Source: an uncultured Sphingomonas sp. (lineage in GTDB: Bacteria > Pseudomonadota > Alphaproteobacteria > Sphingomonadales > Sphingomonadaceae). From it: 36,745 bases of DNA. Under the pieces are notes generated by a model. The model was given only the letters and a program-made list of their open reading frames with translations. It searched no databases and was not told the origin of the DNA. The position numbers were made by a program, and so were the translations under genes. The DNA lies in contig CAXTNG010000004.1 of the NCBI GenBank assembly GCA_964245475.1, positions 1 through 36,745 on the forward strand. The letters are read 5' to 3'. This document shows, one piece after another, positions 1-9,887 of the stretch (position 1 is the first letter of the stretch; each line of letters begins with the position of its first letter).

Positions 1-1
1 G

Positions 2-196
2 TCCAGGGGGGAAGGGGAGGGTATGCGGCCGACCAGTCGCGAAGGCAGAAAGCAGATCGCCGGTTTCTTCTCCCCCGACATGAGCCTCAGCCTGCACATG
101 CTCGCGCGGCGCCAGGGCAGGAGCCTCCAGGCGCTGATGACGGAGGCGTTCAACGACGTGCTGAGGAAGCATGGCGAGAGTCCGGTGGGAGATTAG
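2..196 (+). CDS. Ribbon-helix-helix protein, ParG-like plasmid partition partner (probably 5'-truncated)
   Basis: Absent from the ORF track and translated by hand. The frame is open from nt 2, with an ATG at 23: MRPTSREGRKQIAGFFSPDMSLSLHMLARRQGRSLQALMTEAFNDVLRKHGESPVGD*, TAG at 194-196. The beta-strand plus two-helix pattern matches RHH proteins found after parA on alphaproteobacterial plasmids. Confidence 0.7.
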   Translation, partial: SRGEGEGMRPTSREGRKQIAGFFSPDMSLSLHMLARRQGRSLQALMTEAFNDVLRKHGESPVGD

Positions 197-876
197 GTGG
201 CGATCTCGTCCACGATCTGGTCCGGTTTCGAGGCGCCTGCGATCAGGCGCGCAAATGCGTCCGGGTCCGTGAACAGCGCCGCATGGGCGCGTAGCCAGTT
301 CTGGTCCTTGTTCCACCAGCGATAGGCCAGCAGATCGGCGATCATCGGTTCGGGAAAACGAAAGCGCAGCAGTCGTGCCGGCGAGCCGGCATAGACGCCG
401 TAGGGTTCCAACGGCTTCACCACCACCGCTCCCGCACCGACGATGGCACCGTCACCGATCGTCACGCCGTCGCGAACGATCACCTTGGCGCCGATCCACA
501 CGTCATGGCCGACCCGTGTCGGCTGATAATCCTGAAATCGGTCCTGATCGACCAGGGTCCAGCCCTTTTCGGGGCGTGCCAGATAGAAGATTGGGTGCAT
601 CGCGACCGTGCCCGTGGCGGGGTGGCTGCCGGTGCCGAGCTGGACATCGCGCGCGATCGAGCAAAAGCGGCCAACCTCGGTGTGAACCAGCACCGTGTTC
701 GCCCCGATATAGCTCCAATTGCCGATCGATGAGTTCAGCACGATGCTGTTGGCGCCGAGTTCGACATGGTGGCCGAAGAGCGAGTCGTGCGCCTGTGCGC
801 CCGATGCCATGGCCAGATGGTCGTGGCACGCCATCAGCCGTCGGCGGCGGATAGCCGCACGGATCGCCCCGATCAT
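193..876 (-). CDS. Hexapeptide-repeat O-acetyltransferase (CatB/Vat-like fold), probably a sugar acetyltransferase
   Basis: Motifs IGNWSYIG, VGRFCSIA, VGHDVWIG..VIVRDGVTIGDGAIVGAGAVV, G.PAR and WW. ATG at 876 overlaps the wzx stop (ATGA). Confidence 0.85.
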   Translation of the reverse strand: MIGAIRAAIRRRRLMACHDHLAMASGAQAHDSLFGHHVELGANSIVLNSSIGNWSYIGANTVLVHTEVGRFCSIARDVQLGTGSHPATGTVAMHPIFYLARPEKGWTLVDQDRFQDYQPTRVGHDVWIGAKVIVRDGVTIGDGAIVGAGAVVVKPLEPYGVYAGSPARLLRFRFPEPMIADLLAYRWWNKDQNWLRAHAALFTDPDAFARLIAGASKPDQIVDEIAT

Positions 877-2381
877 ATCGGCCGTCTCCTGCCGAGTTGC
901 CATAGCCGCCCGGCTTCGTGCCGCATCGCCGGCAACGCGGCGATCGAGGCGAGCACGGCGAGCCCCGCGCCTGCCACGCAACAGGCGACGGCCGGCAGCG
1001 CGGGCGTACCGGGTGGCACCAGCAGACGGATGCCGCCCAGGATTGCCGCGGTCAGCACCGCCGGTGTGCCGACATCCTGCCCATACCATCGCCATTGCTC
1101 ACCCGGCAGGAGCCGCCGGTGCATGATCGGGATCTCCCCGACGAGATAGCCGACGTTCAACATCACCCAGACTCCGGCGGCGCCGACCGCGCCGAAGCGG
1201 TTCACCGCAATCAGCATCAGCGGAACATAGGCCGTAACGGCGATGACGTTCTTGGCGATCGACAGCCGTGTCCATCCGTAAGCGAGCTGGAGCGCGTAGG
1301 GCAGGGTCATCATCGCCAGGAGGGTGTTGCCGATCGCGAACAGCGATAGCAGTTGATGGGTCCGCGCGGCGGTAACCGGATCGTGAAGATAAAGCGCGAG
1401 AAGCTCGGGCGCGAACAAGGCCAATGCCCCGCCTGCCGGGATCAAGACCACCGACATGAGCTGGCAGCTCTGGTGGTAAAGGCGTGCCATCTGGTCATCG
1501 TTCCCTGTCGAGGTCAGGCGCGCAAGGGACGGGAAAACCGCTCCCTGGATCGCGGCCGCCGCCGCCGTGAGAGTCGCCGCAATCGTCGCGGCAAGGGCGT
1601 AGTAGCCAAACGTCTCCAGCGGGAGCAGCCGGCTGAGCAGGAACTTGTCGAGCTGGGTGAGAACGACCGACAGCACGGCCACTCCGGTTACGCCGGCGGA
1701 GAAACCCAGGATCGCCCTTACCGGCGCCCATCTGAGCCGCGGGCGGTGCCTGGCTAGCGGCAGGATGCGCCACGTCACCCGACGAAGCAGGACGACCTGG
1801 ATCGCCGCCGCCACAAGCTGCCAGGTGAAGAAAGCGGTGACGCTCGGCGAGACCAGCGCCAGCACCAGCACCGCACCGCCGCCCTGCAACAGTGCAGCCA
1901 GCGCCAGCACCGCGTTCAATCGCCCGTGCTGGCGCATGCCCATCAGCGCACCTGAATAGAGCGTTACCGGCCACCGCAGCAGCAGGCACCCGGCCATCAG
2001 CTGCACCGCATCGATCGCTGTCCGGCTCGGCAAGCGTTCGACGTTCAGCCAGCGATGGACGATGGCGGCCGCCCCGACGAGCACCAGCAGCGCGGCAACG
2101 GCTCCGACCGCCCAGTAGATCGCCTCCAAGGAGCCGAGCAGGTCGCGCGCCGCGGCGCGGTCGTTGTCGTGCGTGCCGATTCTGGCAAGTTCCCGGCTGA
2201 CGGTGATGCTGAGTCCCAGGTCGAGGATCAGTAGCACCGCCAGCATCGTGGTGAAGAAGCCGATCAGCCCATAGGCCTCTATCCCCATCAGCCGGATATA
2301 GAAGGGAACAAAGACAAAGCTCATCAGCGCCTGCCAGACCCGCCCCGTCACATTGGCGATGATGTTGCGCTGGGTACTCAT
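873..2381 (-). CDS. wzx: Wzx oligosaccharide flippase (MOP family)
   Basis: 502 aa with many hydrophobic segments. N-terminus RNIIANVTGRVW..VPFYIRLMGIEAYG..LDLGL, plus the QLDKFLLSRLL..FGYYALA motif. Confidence 0.9.
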   Translation of the reverse strand: MSTQRNIIANVTGRVWQALMSFVFVPFYIRLMGIEAYGLIGFFTTMLAVLLILDLGLSITVSRELARIGTHDNDRAAARDLLGSLEAIYWAVGAVAALLVLVGAAAIVHRWLNVERLPSRTAIDAVQLMAGCLLLRWPVTLYSGALMGMRQHGRLNAVLALAALLQGGGAVLVLALVSPSVTAFFTWQLVAAAIQVVLLRRVTWRILPLARHRPRLRWAPVRAILGFSAGVTGVAVLSVVLTQLDKFLLSRLLPLETFGYYALAATIAATLTAAAAAIQGAVFPSLARLTSTGNDDQMARLYHQSCQLMSVVLIPAGGALALFAPELLALYLHDPVTAARTHQLLSLFAIGNTLLAMMTLPYALQLAYGWTRLSIAKNVIAVTAYVPLMLIAVNRFGAVGAAGVWVMLNVGYLVGEIPIMHRRLLPGEQWRWYGQDVGTPAVLTAAILGGIRLLVPPGTPALPAVACCVAGAGLAVLASIAALPAMRHEAGRLWQLGRRRPI

Positions 2382-3221
2382 TCAGCGGGTAGCGAGAAGC
2401 CCCTGCCGCTTGGCGGTGCTTCCCCAGAACGCCAGCGGTTCGTAGCTCGGATAGGGGAAGCGACCCAGTTCGGGAACGATGGCGAGGTCGTGCTCGGCGA
2501 TCCAGCGCTCGACGAGCGAGCGGATTGATACCGGCTGGCCCGAACTGACGTTCACCACGCCCGCGTCGGCGCGCGCGAGCGCCAGCTGCGCCAAGATGTC
2601 GGCGACCTGCGTGACGGGAAGGTAGTCGCGCAGCTGCTCCCCCCGCGACATCGGAAAGGTCGCCTCGCCCCGTTTGGCGGCAGAGCGCAGGAGGGGGTAG
2701 ATCGACGAGGGTGCCTGACCCTCGCCCCACATGTAGAACAGCCTCGCCCAGGTCAGCGCGAATGGCCGCGTGTCGCGGAGAAAGCCGAGCTGGCGCAGCA
2801 GCGACGCCTTGGCGAAGGCATAGGGATTGGCGGGAGCAGGGAGGCGCGTCTCGGCCAGCTCGCCGTCTACCATGCCGTATTCGTAGCAGGTGCCTATCAC
2901 CATCATGGCCGGCAGCCCCGCCTCGACCATCGCCGACAGGAACCGGTACTGGATCGGCAGCTCGTGGTCGAAATGATGCAGCGACAGGTAGTTGGGGAGA
3001 CCGCCCCAGGCGAGATGGACGAGGGTGTCCGGCCGTCCGATCCGCGCGTAATCGGCCGCGGTCGCCTCGGCCAGGTCTAGCACGACGTGTCTCACACAGG
3101 ATGGGGCGTCGCGCGGCGGGGTCCGTCCGACCGCGATCAGGTCCGTGGCGCCGTGGGCCGCGAGCGCGCGCAGCACATGGGTGCCGATGAACCCGCTCGC
3201 GCCCGTGACGGCGATCGTCAT
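2382..3221 (-). CDS. NAD(P)-dependent epimerase/dehydratase family protein, probable NDP-4-keto-sugar reductase
   Basis: TGASGFIG Rossmann motif, HLAW, GTCYEYG, YAFAK (YxxxK), RDYL. ATG at 3221 overlaps the upstream stop (ATGA). Confidence 0.85.
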   Translation of the reverse strand: MTIAVTGASGFIGTHVLRALAAHGATDLIAVGRTPPRDAPSCVRHVVLDLAEATAADYARIGRPDTLVHLAWGGLPNYLSLHHFDHELPIQYRFLSAMVEAGLPAMMVIGTCYEYGMVDGELAETRLPAPANPYAFAKASLLRQLGFLRDTRPFALTWARLFYMWGEGQAPSSIYPLLRSAAKRGEATFPMSRGEQLRDYLPVTQVADILAQLALARADAGVVNVSSGQPVSIRSLVERWIAEHDLAIVPELGRFPYPSYEPLAFWGSTAKRQGLLATR

Positions 3222-4444
3222 TGCACCGTCAGTGTGGGGATCGCGGTGACGAAGCGGCCGCCCCAATCGCGGATATAGTCGAGTTGGCGGACGATCTCGT
3301 CCTTCAGGTTCCAGGGCAGGATGAGGACATAGTCGGGACGCTCGGCACGGATGCGTTCCTCGCCGACGATGGGCACGCGTGCACCGGGCAGGAATTTGCC
3401 CGCCTTGGCGGGATTGCGGTCGACGACCCAGTGAAGCAGGTGCGGGCGGATGCCGGCGAAGTTGAGCAGCGTGTTGCCCTTGGCGGCGGCGCCGTAGCCG
3501 ACCACCACCTTGCCCCGCTGCCGCGCGTCGCGAAGGAACGCCGCGAGATCACCCGCGATCGTCTCCGATTGCGCCTGCAGCGCGCGGTAGGGTTCGGGCG
3601 TCTCGATCCCGGCCGCTTGCTCCTCCGCCTTGACCGCGGCCACCCGGTCGCCCACCGGCCGGCGGCCGGTATCGGTGCGCTGGGCGAACACGCGCAGCGA
3701 GCCGCCATGGGTCGGGATCTGCTCGACGTCGAACACCGTCAGGCCGTTGGCGGCGAATATTCGTTCGACCACCGTCAGTGCGAGATACGAGTAATGTTCG
3801 TGGTAAACCGTGTCGAACTGCGATTCCGCCAGCAACCGCAGGAGGTGCGGGAACTCGAAGGTGGCGACCCCGTTCGGCTTGAGCAGGATCGCGAAGCCGC
3901 CGACGAAGTCGTTGATGTCCGGAACATGGGCGAGCACGTTGTTGGCGGCGGTGAGATCAGCGCTGCGCCCGTCGTCGACCAGACGCTGGGCCGGCGTCCT
4001 GCCGAAGAACTCCTCTTCCACCTCGATGCCCTTGGCGCGGGCGGCCTCGGCGGTGTTGTGGGTCGGCTCGATCCCGAGTGCGGGAATCCCCTTTTTCACC
4101 ACATATTGAAGGAGATAGCCGTCGTTGGAGGCGACCTCGACCACCAGTGAGTCGGACCCGAGCCCGAACCGGTCGGCCGTCATGTCGACATATGCCTTGG
4201 CATGGGCCAGCCAGCTGTCGGAGAAGGAGCTGAAATAAGCATAGTCGGCCGAGAAGAACTCGTCGCGCTTGGCGAAGTCCTCGGTCTGGGCAAGCCAGCA
4301 GTTGGTGCAGACGAGCACGCGCAGCGGATACCAGGTCTCGGGACCCGCCAGCGTCTCGGCGGTGAGATAAGAATTGGACGGCGGCGACGAGCCCAGGTCA
4401 ACCATGGGCAGCGACAGCTCGGTCGAGCAGTGGCGGCATTTCAT
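3218..4444 (-). CDS. SAM-dependent NDP-sugar C-methyltransferase (zinc-binding N-terminus)
   Basis: CRHC and CTNC zinc ligands, EVASNDG SAM motif, NNVLAHVPD, FDTVYHEHYSY, THGGSLR, GYGAAAKGNTLLN, ILPWN. ATG at 4444 overlaps the upstream stop. Confidence 0.9.
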   Translation of the reverse strand: MKCRHCSTELSLPMVDLGSSPPSNSYLTAETLAGPETWYPLRVLVCTNCWLAQTEDFAKRDEFFSADYAYFSSFSDSWLAHAKAYVDMTADRFGLGSDSLVVEVASNDGYLLQYVVKKGIPALGIEPTHNTAEAARAKGIEVEEEFFGRTPAQRLVDDGRSADLTAANNVLAHVPDINDFVGGFAILLKPNGVATFEFPHLLRLLAESQFDTVYHEHYSYLALTVVERIFAANGLTVFDVEQIPTHGGSLRVFAQRTDTGRRPVGDRVAAVKAEEQAAGIETPEPYRALQAQSETIAGDLAAFLRDARQRGKVVVGYGAAAKGNTLLNFAGIRPHLLHWVVDRNPAKAGKFLPGARVPIVGEERIRAERPDYVLILPWNLKDEIVRQLDYIRDWGGRFVTAIPTLTVQ

Positions 4445-5004
4445 AGAGAGATCCCTGTGAAATCGGCATCGAGCCGGGCATGTGCGCGGTCGCGCGCGGA
4501 CATTTCGGTCACCGGTCGCGGCCAGGCGATGCCGAGCCGCGGGTCGAGCGGGTCGAGCCCGCCCTCGGCGCCGGGCGCATAGGCTTGGGTGTGCAGGTAC
4601 AGCAGCTCGCAATCCTCGCTCAGCGTCTGGAACCCGTGGGCGAAACCGGCGGGAATGAAGAGGCTGCGACCGTTGTCGGCCGACAGGGTCTCGCCGTGCC
4701 AGCGCAGCAGGGTAGGGGAGCCTCGGCGCAGGTCCACCGCCACGTCGAGGACCTCGCCACGCAGCACGCTGACATATTTGTCCTCGGCATGAGGGGGATG
4801 CTGGAAATGCATCCCGCGCACCGTGCCCGGCTGCTGGGTCAGCGTCTGGTTGATCTGAACGACCGGCCTACCGAAGCCCGCGGCGGCGAGCTCGTCGCGG
4901 CAGTACAGGCGCGACAGGAAGCCGCGTGCGTCGCCGAGCCGCTGCCGCTCGACCAGTTTCAGCCCGGCGAGCGGGGTGTCGTGAATGGCGAAGCGTTCAG
5001 GCAC
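4441..5004 (-). CDS. rfbC: NDP-4-keto-6-deoxyhexose 3,5-epimerase (RmlC/RfbC family)
   Basis: DARGF, GTVRGMHFQ, DVAVDLRRGSPT, IPAGFAHGFQTL, DPRLGIAWP. GTG start at 5004 is an estimate (the frame stays open to 5031). Confidence 0.88.
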   Translation of the reverse strand: MPERFAIHDTPLAGLKLVERQRLGDARGFLSRLYCRDELAAAGFGRPVVQINQTLTQQPGTVRGMHFQHPPHAEDKYVSVLRGEVLDVAVDLRRGSPTLLRWHGETLSADNGRSLFIPAGFAHGFQTLSEDCELLYLHTQAYAPGAEGGLDPLDPRLGIAWPRPVTEMSARDRAHARLDADFTGISL

Positions 5005-5070
5005 GCGCGGGCCGCACGCCTTCTCGAGCAATGGTGGGGCGGCAGGCCGGCCGGTCCGGGATCGGCGGGG

Positions 5071-5841
5071 TCACCAGACCTTCCACGGCGCCTTGCCGGC
5101 GTCCCAAAGGGCAGCGAGCTGCTGCTTGTCGCGCAACGTATCCATGGGTTGCCAGAAGCCGCGATGCTCGTACGCCATCAGCTCGCCCTCGGCGGCGAGA
5201 CGGCGCAGCGGCTCCTGCTCCCACGTCGTGCTCTCGCCCTCGATATAGTCGAGCACGCGCGGCGACAGGACAAAGAAGCCGGCGTTGATCATCCCACCGT
5301 CACCCTGCGGCTTCTCCATGAAATTGCGGACCTGCCCGTCGGCGATATCGACGGCACCGAAGCGCCCCGGTGGGTAGGAGGCCGTCAGCGTCGCCGCACG
5401 GCCGTGGCGGCGATGGAACTCGATGGAGGCCGTGACGTCGATGTCCGCGACGCCGTCGCCATAGGTGAAGAGGAACGCATCCTCGTCCTTCAGGAAGGCG
5501 CCAACCGCTTTCAGCCGCCCCCCGGTCATCGCGTCGTCGCCCGTATCGACCAGCGTCACCGCCCAGGGCTCGGCCCGGCGGTCGTGCACGGTCATGCTGT
5601 TCTCGCGCATGTCAAAGGTCACGTCGGACATGTGCAGGAAATAATTAGCGAAATATTCTTTGATCACATAGCCCTTGTAACCGCAGCACACGATGAAGTC
5701 CGTGACGCCGTGCGCCGCGTAGATCTTCATGATGTGCCACAGGATCGGACGGCCGCCGATCTCGATCATCGGCTTGGGGCGAACGGAGGTTTCCTCGCTG
5801 AACCGGGTTCCCAGCCCCCCGGCCAAGATCACTGCCTTCAT
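5071..5841 (-). CDS. rfbF: Glucose-1-phosphate cytidylyltransferase
   Basis: [72 protein letters not shown]. Confidence 0.96.
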   Translation of the reverse strand: MKAVILAGGLGTRFSEETSVRPKPMIEIGGRPILWHIMKIYAAHGVTDFIVCCGYKGYVIKEYFANYFLHMSDVTFDMRENSMTVHDRRAEPWAVTLVDTGDDAMTGGRLKAVGAFLKDEDAFLFTYGDGVADIDVTASIEFHRRHGRAATLTASYPPGRFGAVDIADGQVRNFMEKPQGDGGMINAGFFVLSPRVLDYIEGESTTWEQEPLRRLAAEGELMAYEHRGFWQPMDTLRDKQQLAALWDAGKAPWKVW

Positions 5842-5995
5842 CTAGTCCCCCGACTGACCCGGCCGACGGGCTGTGGAACAACAGGCGGGCTCGCGGCCCG
5901 GTGGCGGACGGCCCCCGTCCGCGGTTCCGTCGGCTGGACGCGCCCGTACCACCGCGGTCCTGACGGCGTCTAGCCCCCTCGCCACGGGTCTGCCC

Positions 5996-7006
5996 TCAGC
6001 TTCGGCGTGTCCGGAGGTACAAGGTGGCGCTGTTGACCCAGTAACGCAGCGCCCGGTTGATCGTGCTGAACCGTCCGAGATCAAGGTCCGCCCACAGCGC
6101 GCGTGGAAGGCCCCGCGCGTCGGCCGCAAAACGGGCGTCGAGTTGTGCCACCCGGTCCTTATCGGCCGCGTCCAGCAGCCGCGACGCGGTAGCGAGATGG
6201 AATGGCGCGAGCTCGCGGGCGAGAAGACTCGCCAGCGCCTGCCGTCCGAGTTCGCCGGCCATGAAATCCGGCAGATCGGCGTCCATCGCCGCCACAAAGC
6301 CCCAGAGCGCCTCCAGTTGCGCACCTAGCTGCCGGCGGCTGACGGCGTTGGACGCGCTGCCGATATGGAGCCGGTACGAGCAGGCGGCGCTGGTCGACGC
6401 CGCCTTGTATCCCAGTGCCGCTAGCCGGATGAACAGCAGATGGTCCGAGAACAGCAGCTTCGGCAGGTCCGGCCAGCCGCCGACGCTCCGGTGATCGCTG
6501 GCCCGGAAGGCATAGCCGGTGCCGAACGAGTCCCGCAGCCCCCACATCAGCTGGGCCGCGAAGCCGGGGCCGGTCTCGCGCTCGGGAATGGGGCGGCAGG
6601 GGCGGACTAGCTTTCCGGCTACATCAATGATGTCGAACGGTGCCTGGTAGAGCGTGGCCGCGGGGTGGTCGCGGGCGAGGTCGAGGATCGTGCCGACGAA
6701 GCCGGGTGCGAAGAGGTCGTCGTGCCCGATGAAGGTGATCAGCGGATCACCCAGGTCCGGCCGGTCGAGCCAGGTCAGGGCCCGCTGCCAGTTGGCGCGG
6801 ATGTCGAGCGGCTCGGGGGCGGGAACCAATGTGATCCGCGGGTCCCCAGAGGCATGGACCCGCGCGACCGTGTCGTCGGTGCTCCCATTTTCCAGCACCA
6901 CCAGCTGCCAGTCGGGGCAGCGCTGCGCGCGGATGCTGTCGATCGCTTCCGTCAGGTAGCTGCCGCCGTCGCGAACGGGCAGAAAGATGACGAGGGGTAC
7001 CGGCAT
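5996..7006 (-). CDS. Glycosyltransferase family 2
   Basis: IFLPVRDGGSYLTEAIDSIRAQ, ENGSTD, GHDD (DXD-like). Start placed at ATG 7006 (MPVPLV). Confidence 0.85.
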   Translation of the reverse strand: MPVPLVIFLPVRDGGSYLTEAIDSIRAQRCPDWQLVVLENGSTDDTVARVHASGDPRITLVPAPEPLDIRANWQRALTWLDRPDLGDPLITFIGHDDLFAPGFVGTILDLARDHPAATLYQAPFDIIDVAGKLVRPCRPIPERETGPGFAAQLMWGLRDSFGTGYAFRASDHRSVGGWPDLPKLLFSDHLLFIRLAALGYKAASTSAACSYRLHIGSASNAVSRRQLGAQLEALWGFVAAMDADLPDFMAGELGRQALASLLARELAPFHLATASRLLDAADKDRVAQLDARFAADARGLPRALWADLDLGRFSTINRALRYWVNSATLYLRTRRS

Positions 7007-7198
7007 TACCGTCGCCCCCGGCCGCGGCGGACGCGCACGGCCGTTGGGCCGCGGGAATGTAGGGGAAGGATGCGCATGGCGAGGCGGCAGCACAGGCGCC
7101 CGGTTTGGTCAAGCGCACCGGCCTGTTGCTTTCGTCCGCGCCGGGCTAAAGGGACGCCCATCGTGCCGGATACCCGGTTCCTGGAGGTCAATATCGCT

Positions 7199-8654
7199 GT
7201 GACGGACAGTTTGCCCGACGCCGCCCAGTCCCTTGCGGGTCGAACGGTGATCGTTCTCGGCGACCTGATGCTCGACACCTTCGTCTACGGTCAGTGCGAG
7301 CGCATCTCGCCCGAAGCGCCCATTCCGGTGATGCGGGTGGAGCGGGAGGAGATCATGTTGGGCGGCGCGGGCAATGTCGCGCGTAACATCGTGGTGCTGG
7401 GCGGCCGCGCGGTGCTGATCGGGGCGGTGGGGGATGACCCGGCCGCCGATCGGCTGCGGGCGCGGATCGGGGCAGAAGGGGCGATCCACGCCGACCTCGT
7501 CGTCGATCCCTCGCGGCCGACGACGCAGAAGACCCGCTTCGTCGTCGGCCCGCCGCAGCTGCCGCGCGGACGTGGAGCAGGTCGGCGCGCCTGACCCGGC
7601 TGCGCTGCTGGCCGCCCTGGAGCGTCACCTGCCCGGCAGCGACGCGGTGATCCTGTCCGACTATGCCAAGGGCGTGCTGTCGGACGAGCTGCTGCGCCGC
7701 GCAGTGGCGGCGGTGCGGGCAGCGGGCAAGCCGATGGTCGCCGATCCCAAGAGCATCGACGTCGCCCGCTACGACGGGGTCACGGTGCTGACCCCCAACG
7801 CGGCCGAGGCGCGGGCGGCCGCGGGGCTGCGCTGCGAGGAGGACGAGGAGGCGAGCCAGGCCGCGGCGATCCTGCTCGACCGGATGCCGGCCACCGGGGC
7901 GGTGCTGGTGACGCGCGGGGCCCGTGGCATGACGCTGCTCGAGACGGGGAAGGGCCCCGTCCACCTGCCCGCGCTGGCGCGCGAGGTGTTCGACGTGTCG
8001 GGAGCGGGCGACACGGTGGTCGCCACGGTGGGGCTGGCGCTGGCGGCGGGACTGGCGCTGCCGGTGGCGACCCGTCTCGGCAACGTCGCCGCAGGCATCG
8101 CGGTGAGCAAGCGCGGCACGGCCGTGGTGAGCGCGGCGGAGCTGAGCCACGAACTCGTCGCCTCCGACGTCCACGCGACCGAGCAGAAGATCGTGACGCT
8201 GGCCGAGGCGGTGGCGATCGTGGCCCGCTGGCGCGTGCGGGGGGACAGCGTCGGCTTCACCAACGGCTGCTTCGACCTGGTCCATCCCGGCCACGTATCG
8301 CAGCTGTCGCAGGCGCGCTCGACCTGCGACCACCTGATCGTCGGGCTGAACACCGACGCGTCGATCGCCCGGCTCAAGGGGCCGAGCCGCCCGATCCAGG
8401 GCGAGGCCGCGCGCGCGATCGTGCTCGGCTCGCTCGCGAGCGTCGACCTGGTCGTGCTGTTCGGCGAGGACACGCCGATCCGGCTGATCGAGGCGATCCG
8501 CCCCGACGTGCTCATCAAGGGCAAGGACTATACGGTGGACCGGATCGCGGGCGCCGACGTGGTGCAGGGCTATGGCGGCCGGATATTTCTCGCGGACATT
8601 GCGCCCGGCCACAGCACCAGCGACATCGTCGCCCGGCTGCGCGTGGCAGGCTGA
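7199..8654 (+). pseudogene. hldE: Bifunctional heptose-7-phosphate kinase / heptose-1-phosphate nucleotidyltransferase HldE (RfaE), frameshifted near 7560
   Basis: First frame, from GTG 7199 (GGAGG upstream): VLGDLMLD..RISPEAPIPV..GGAGNVA..TTQKTRF. Second frame (ORF 7434-8654): SDYAKG, TPN, DVSGAGDT, FTNGCFDLVHPGHV, GLNTDAS..LKG..RP, KGKDY, STS. The break may be a sequencing error. Confidence 0.88.
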
Positions 8655-8660
8655 CCGCGG

Positions 8661-9887
8661 TCAGCCGCGCGCGCCGGCCAGCAGGCCCTCGACCAAAGCC
8701 AGCACATCCTCGGGCGTGGTGTCGCGAATACACGCCAGGACCGCGCAGGCCCGCCGGTTGCACGGGGCGCAGCGCACGTCCTGCACCACCACCTCGGCGT
8801 GGTCGCTGAACGGACCCCATTGGTGGGGGTTGTTGGTGCCGGTGAACAGCGTGACCAGCGGCGTGTCCGCCATCGCCCCGAGGTGCGAGGTGACGGTGTC
8901 GGGCGACACGATCGCCGCCGCCCCGGCGAGCACCGCCAGGAACTGGTCCCAGCCGAGCTGACCGGCGAGGTTGATCGCGCTGACCCCGGCGCCGGCCAGC
9001 GCGCGCGTCGTTGCGACCTCCGCGTCCCCCGCGCCGGTCAGCACCAGGGTCAGCGCGCGGGTGGCCGAGGAGGCGGCGAGCAGCTCGATGAGGCGTGCCC
9101 AGTGCGCTACGCCCCATTGTCGGTGCCCGGCACCCGTGCCGGGATGGAGCACCACGTAGCACCCCTCGGCCAGCCCCGGCGGCAGCGGTGCGGCGGGTGC
9201 CGGGCCAAGCCGCGGGCGCAGGTCCGCCGGCGCGAACGTCTCGCCGGGAAAGGCGGCCTCGAGCAGCGCGCCGTACTGCACCGCCATCGGCCGGTCGGCG
9301 TTGGGCCAGTCGACCGGTCGGGTCAGCAGCGCGCCGAACCCGCCGCTGCGGAACCCGACCCGGCAGGGAATGCCCGCCCACCAGAAGAGCGGGTGCGCAG
9401 GCAGGGGATAGGGATAGAAATCGATGCCCAGCTGGTAATCCGCGGCACGGATAGCACCCAGCGCGGCGCGGCGGGTCTGTCGATACTGTCGCCACTTGGC
9501 CCAGCGCGATCGCGACGACCGGTTCAGTCCCGGCGGGTCGATCACGTGGATCTCGTCGACCAGCCCCTCCGTCGGCACCGCCGCCCGGCCCCAGCTCGCC
9601 GCGATCATGCCGATCCGTGCCGTGGGATAGCGGGCGCGGATCGCGGTAATGGCACCGCGGGTCGTCACCACGTCGCCGAGATGCGCCCAGTCGGCGACCA
9701 GGATGCGCTGCGGCGGCGCATTCCCCGTCCGCCCGCGCCGCGTCGGCGCGAGCGCGAGCAGCGCGTCGAGCATCGCCAGCGCGAGAGCCTTCAGCGGGTG
9801 AGCGACCAGATAGGGGCCACGCATCACCGGCTTGGGACGGGCGAACGGGCCGCGGCGCGGCGACGAGGTCAGGCGGTGGAGCCGCAC
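8661..9887 (-). CDS. Glycosyltransferase family 9 (heptosyltransferase-like)
   Basis: RILVADWAHLGDVV, VVLHPGTG..RQW, INLAGQL, SPDTVTSHLG, LFTGTNNPHQWGP, C-terminal CAPC..C..C. Start uncertain (GTG 9887 or ATG 9824). Confidence 0.85.
   Translation of the reverse strand: MRLHRLTSSPRRGPFARPKPVMRGPYLVAHPLKALALAMLDALLALAPTRRGRTGNAPPQRILVADWAHLGDVVTTRGAITAIRARYPTARIGMIAASWGRAAVPTEGLVDEIHVIDPPGLNRSSRSRWAKWRQYRQTRRAALGAIRAADYQLGIDFYPYPLPAHPLFWWAGIPCRVGFRSGGFGALLTRPVDWPNADRPMAVQYGALLEAAFPGETFAPADLRPRLGPAPAAPLPPGLAEGCYVVLHPGTGAGHRQWGVAHWARLIELLAASSATRALTLVLTGAGDAEVATTRALAGAGVSAINLAGQLGWDQFLAVLAGAAAIVSPDTVTSHLGAMADTPLVTLFTGTNNPHQWGPFSDHAEVVVQDVRCAPCNRRACAVLACIRDTTPEDVLALVEGLLAGARG

Noticed and set aside
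193-876. Chloramphenicol/streptogramin resistance gene (catB/vat-like)
   Set aside because: It has the same fold but is translationally coupled to wzx in a glycan operon, so sugar O-acetylation is more likely.
5859-5937. tRNA gene
   Set aside because: It is tRNA-sized and cloverleaf-like but lacks a T-loop consensus, a 7-nt anticodon loop and CCA. Kept only as a structured element.
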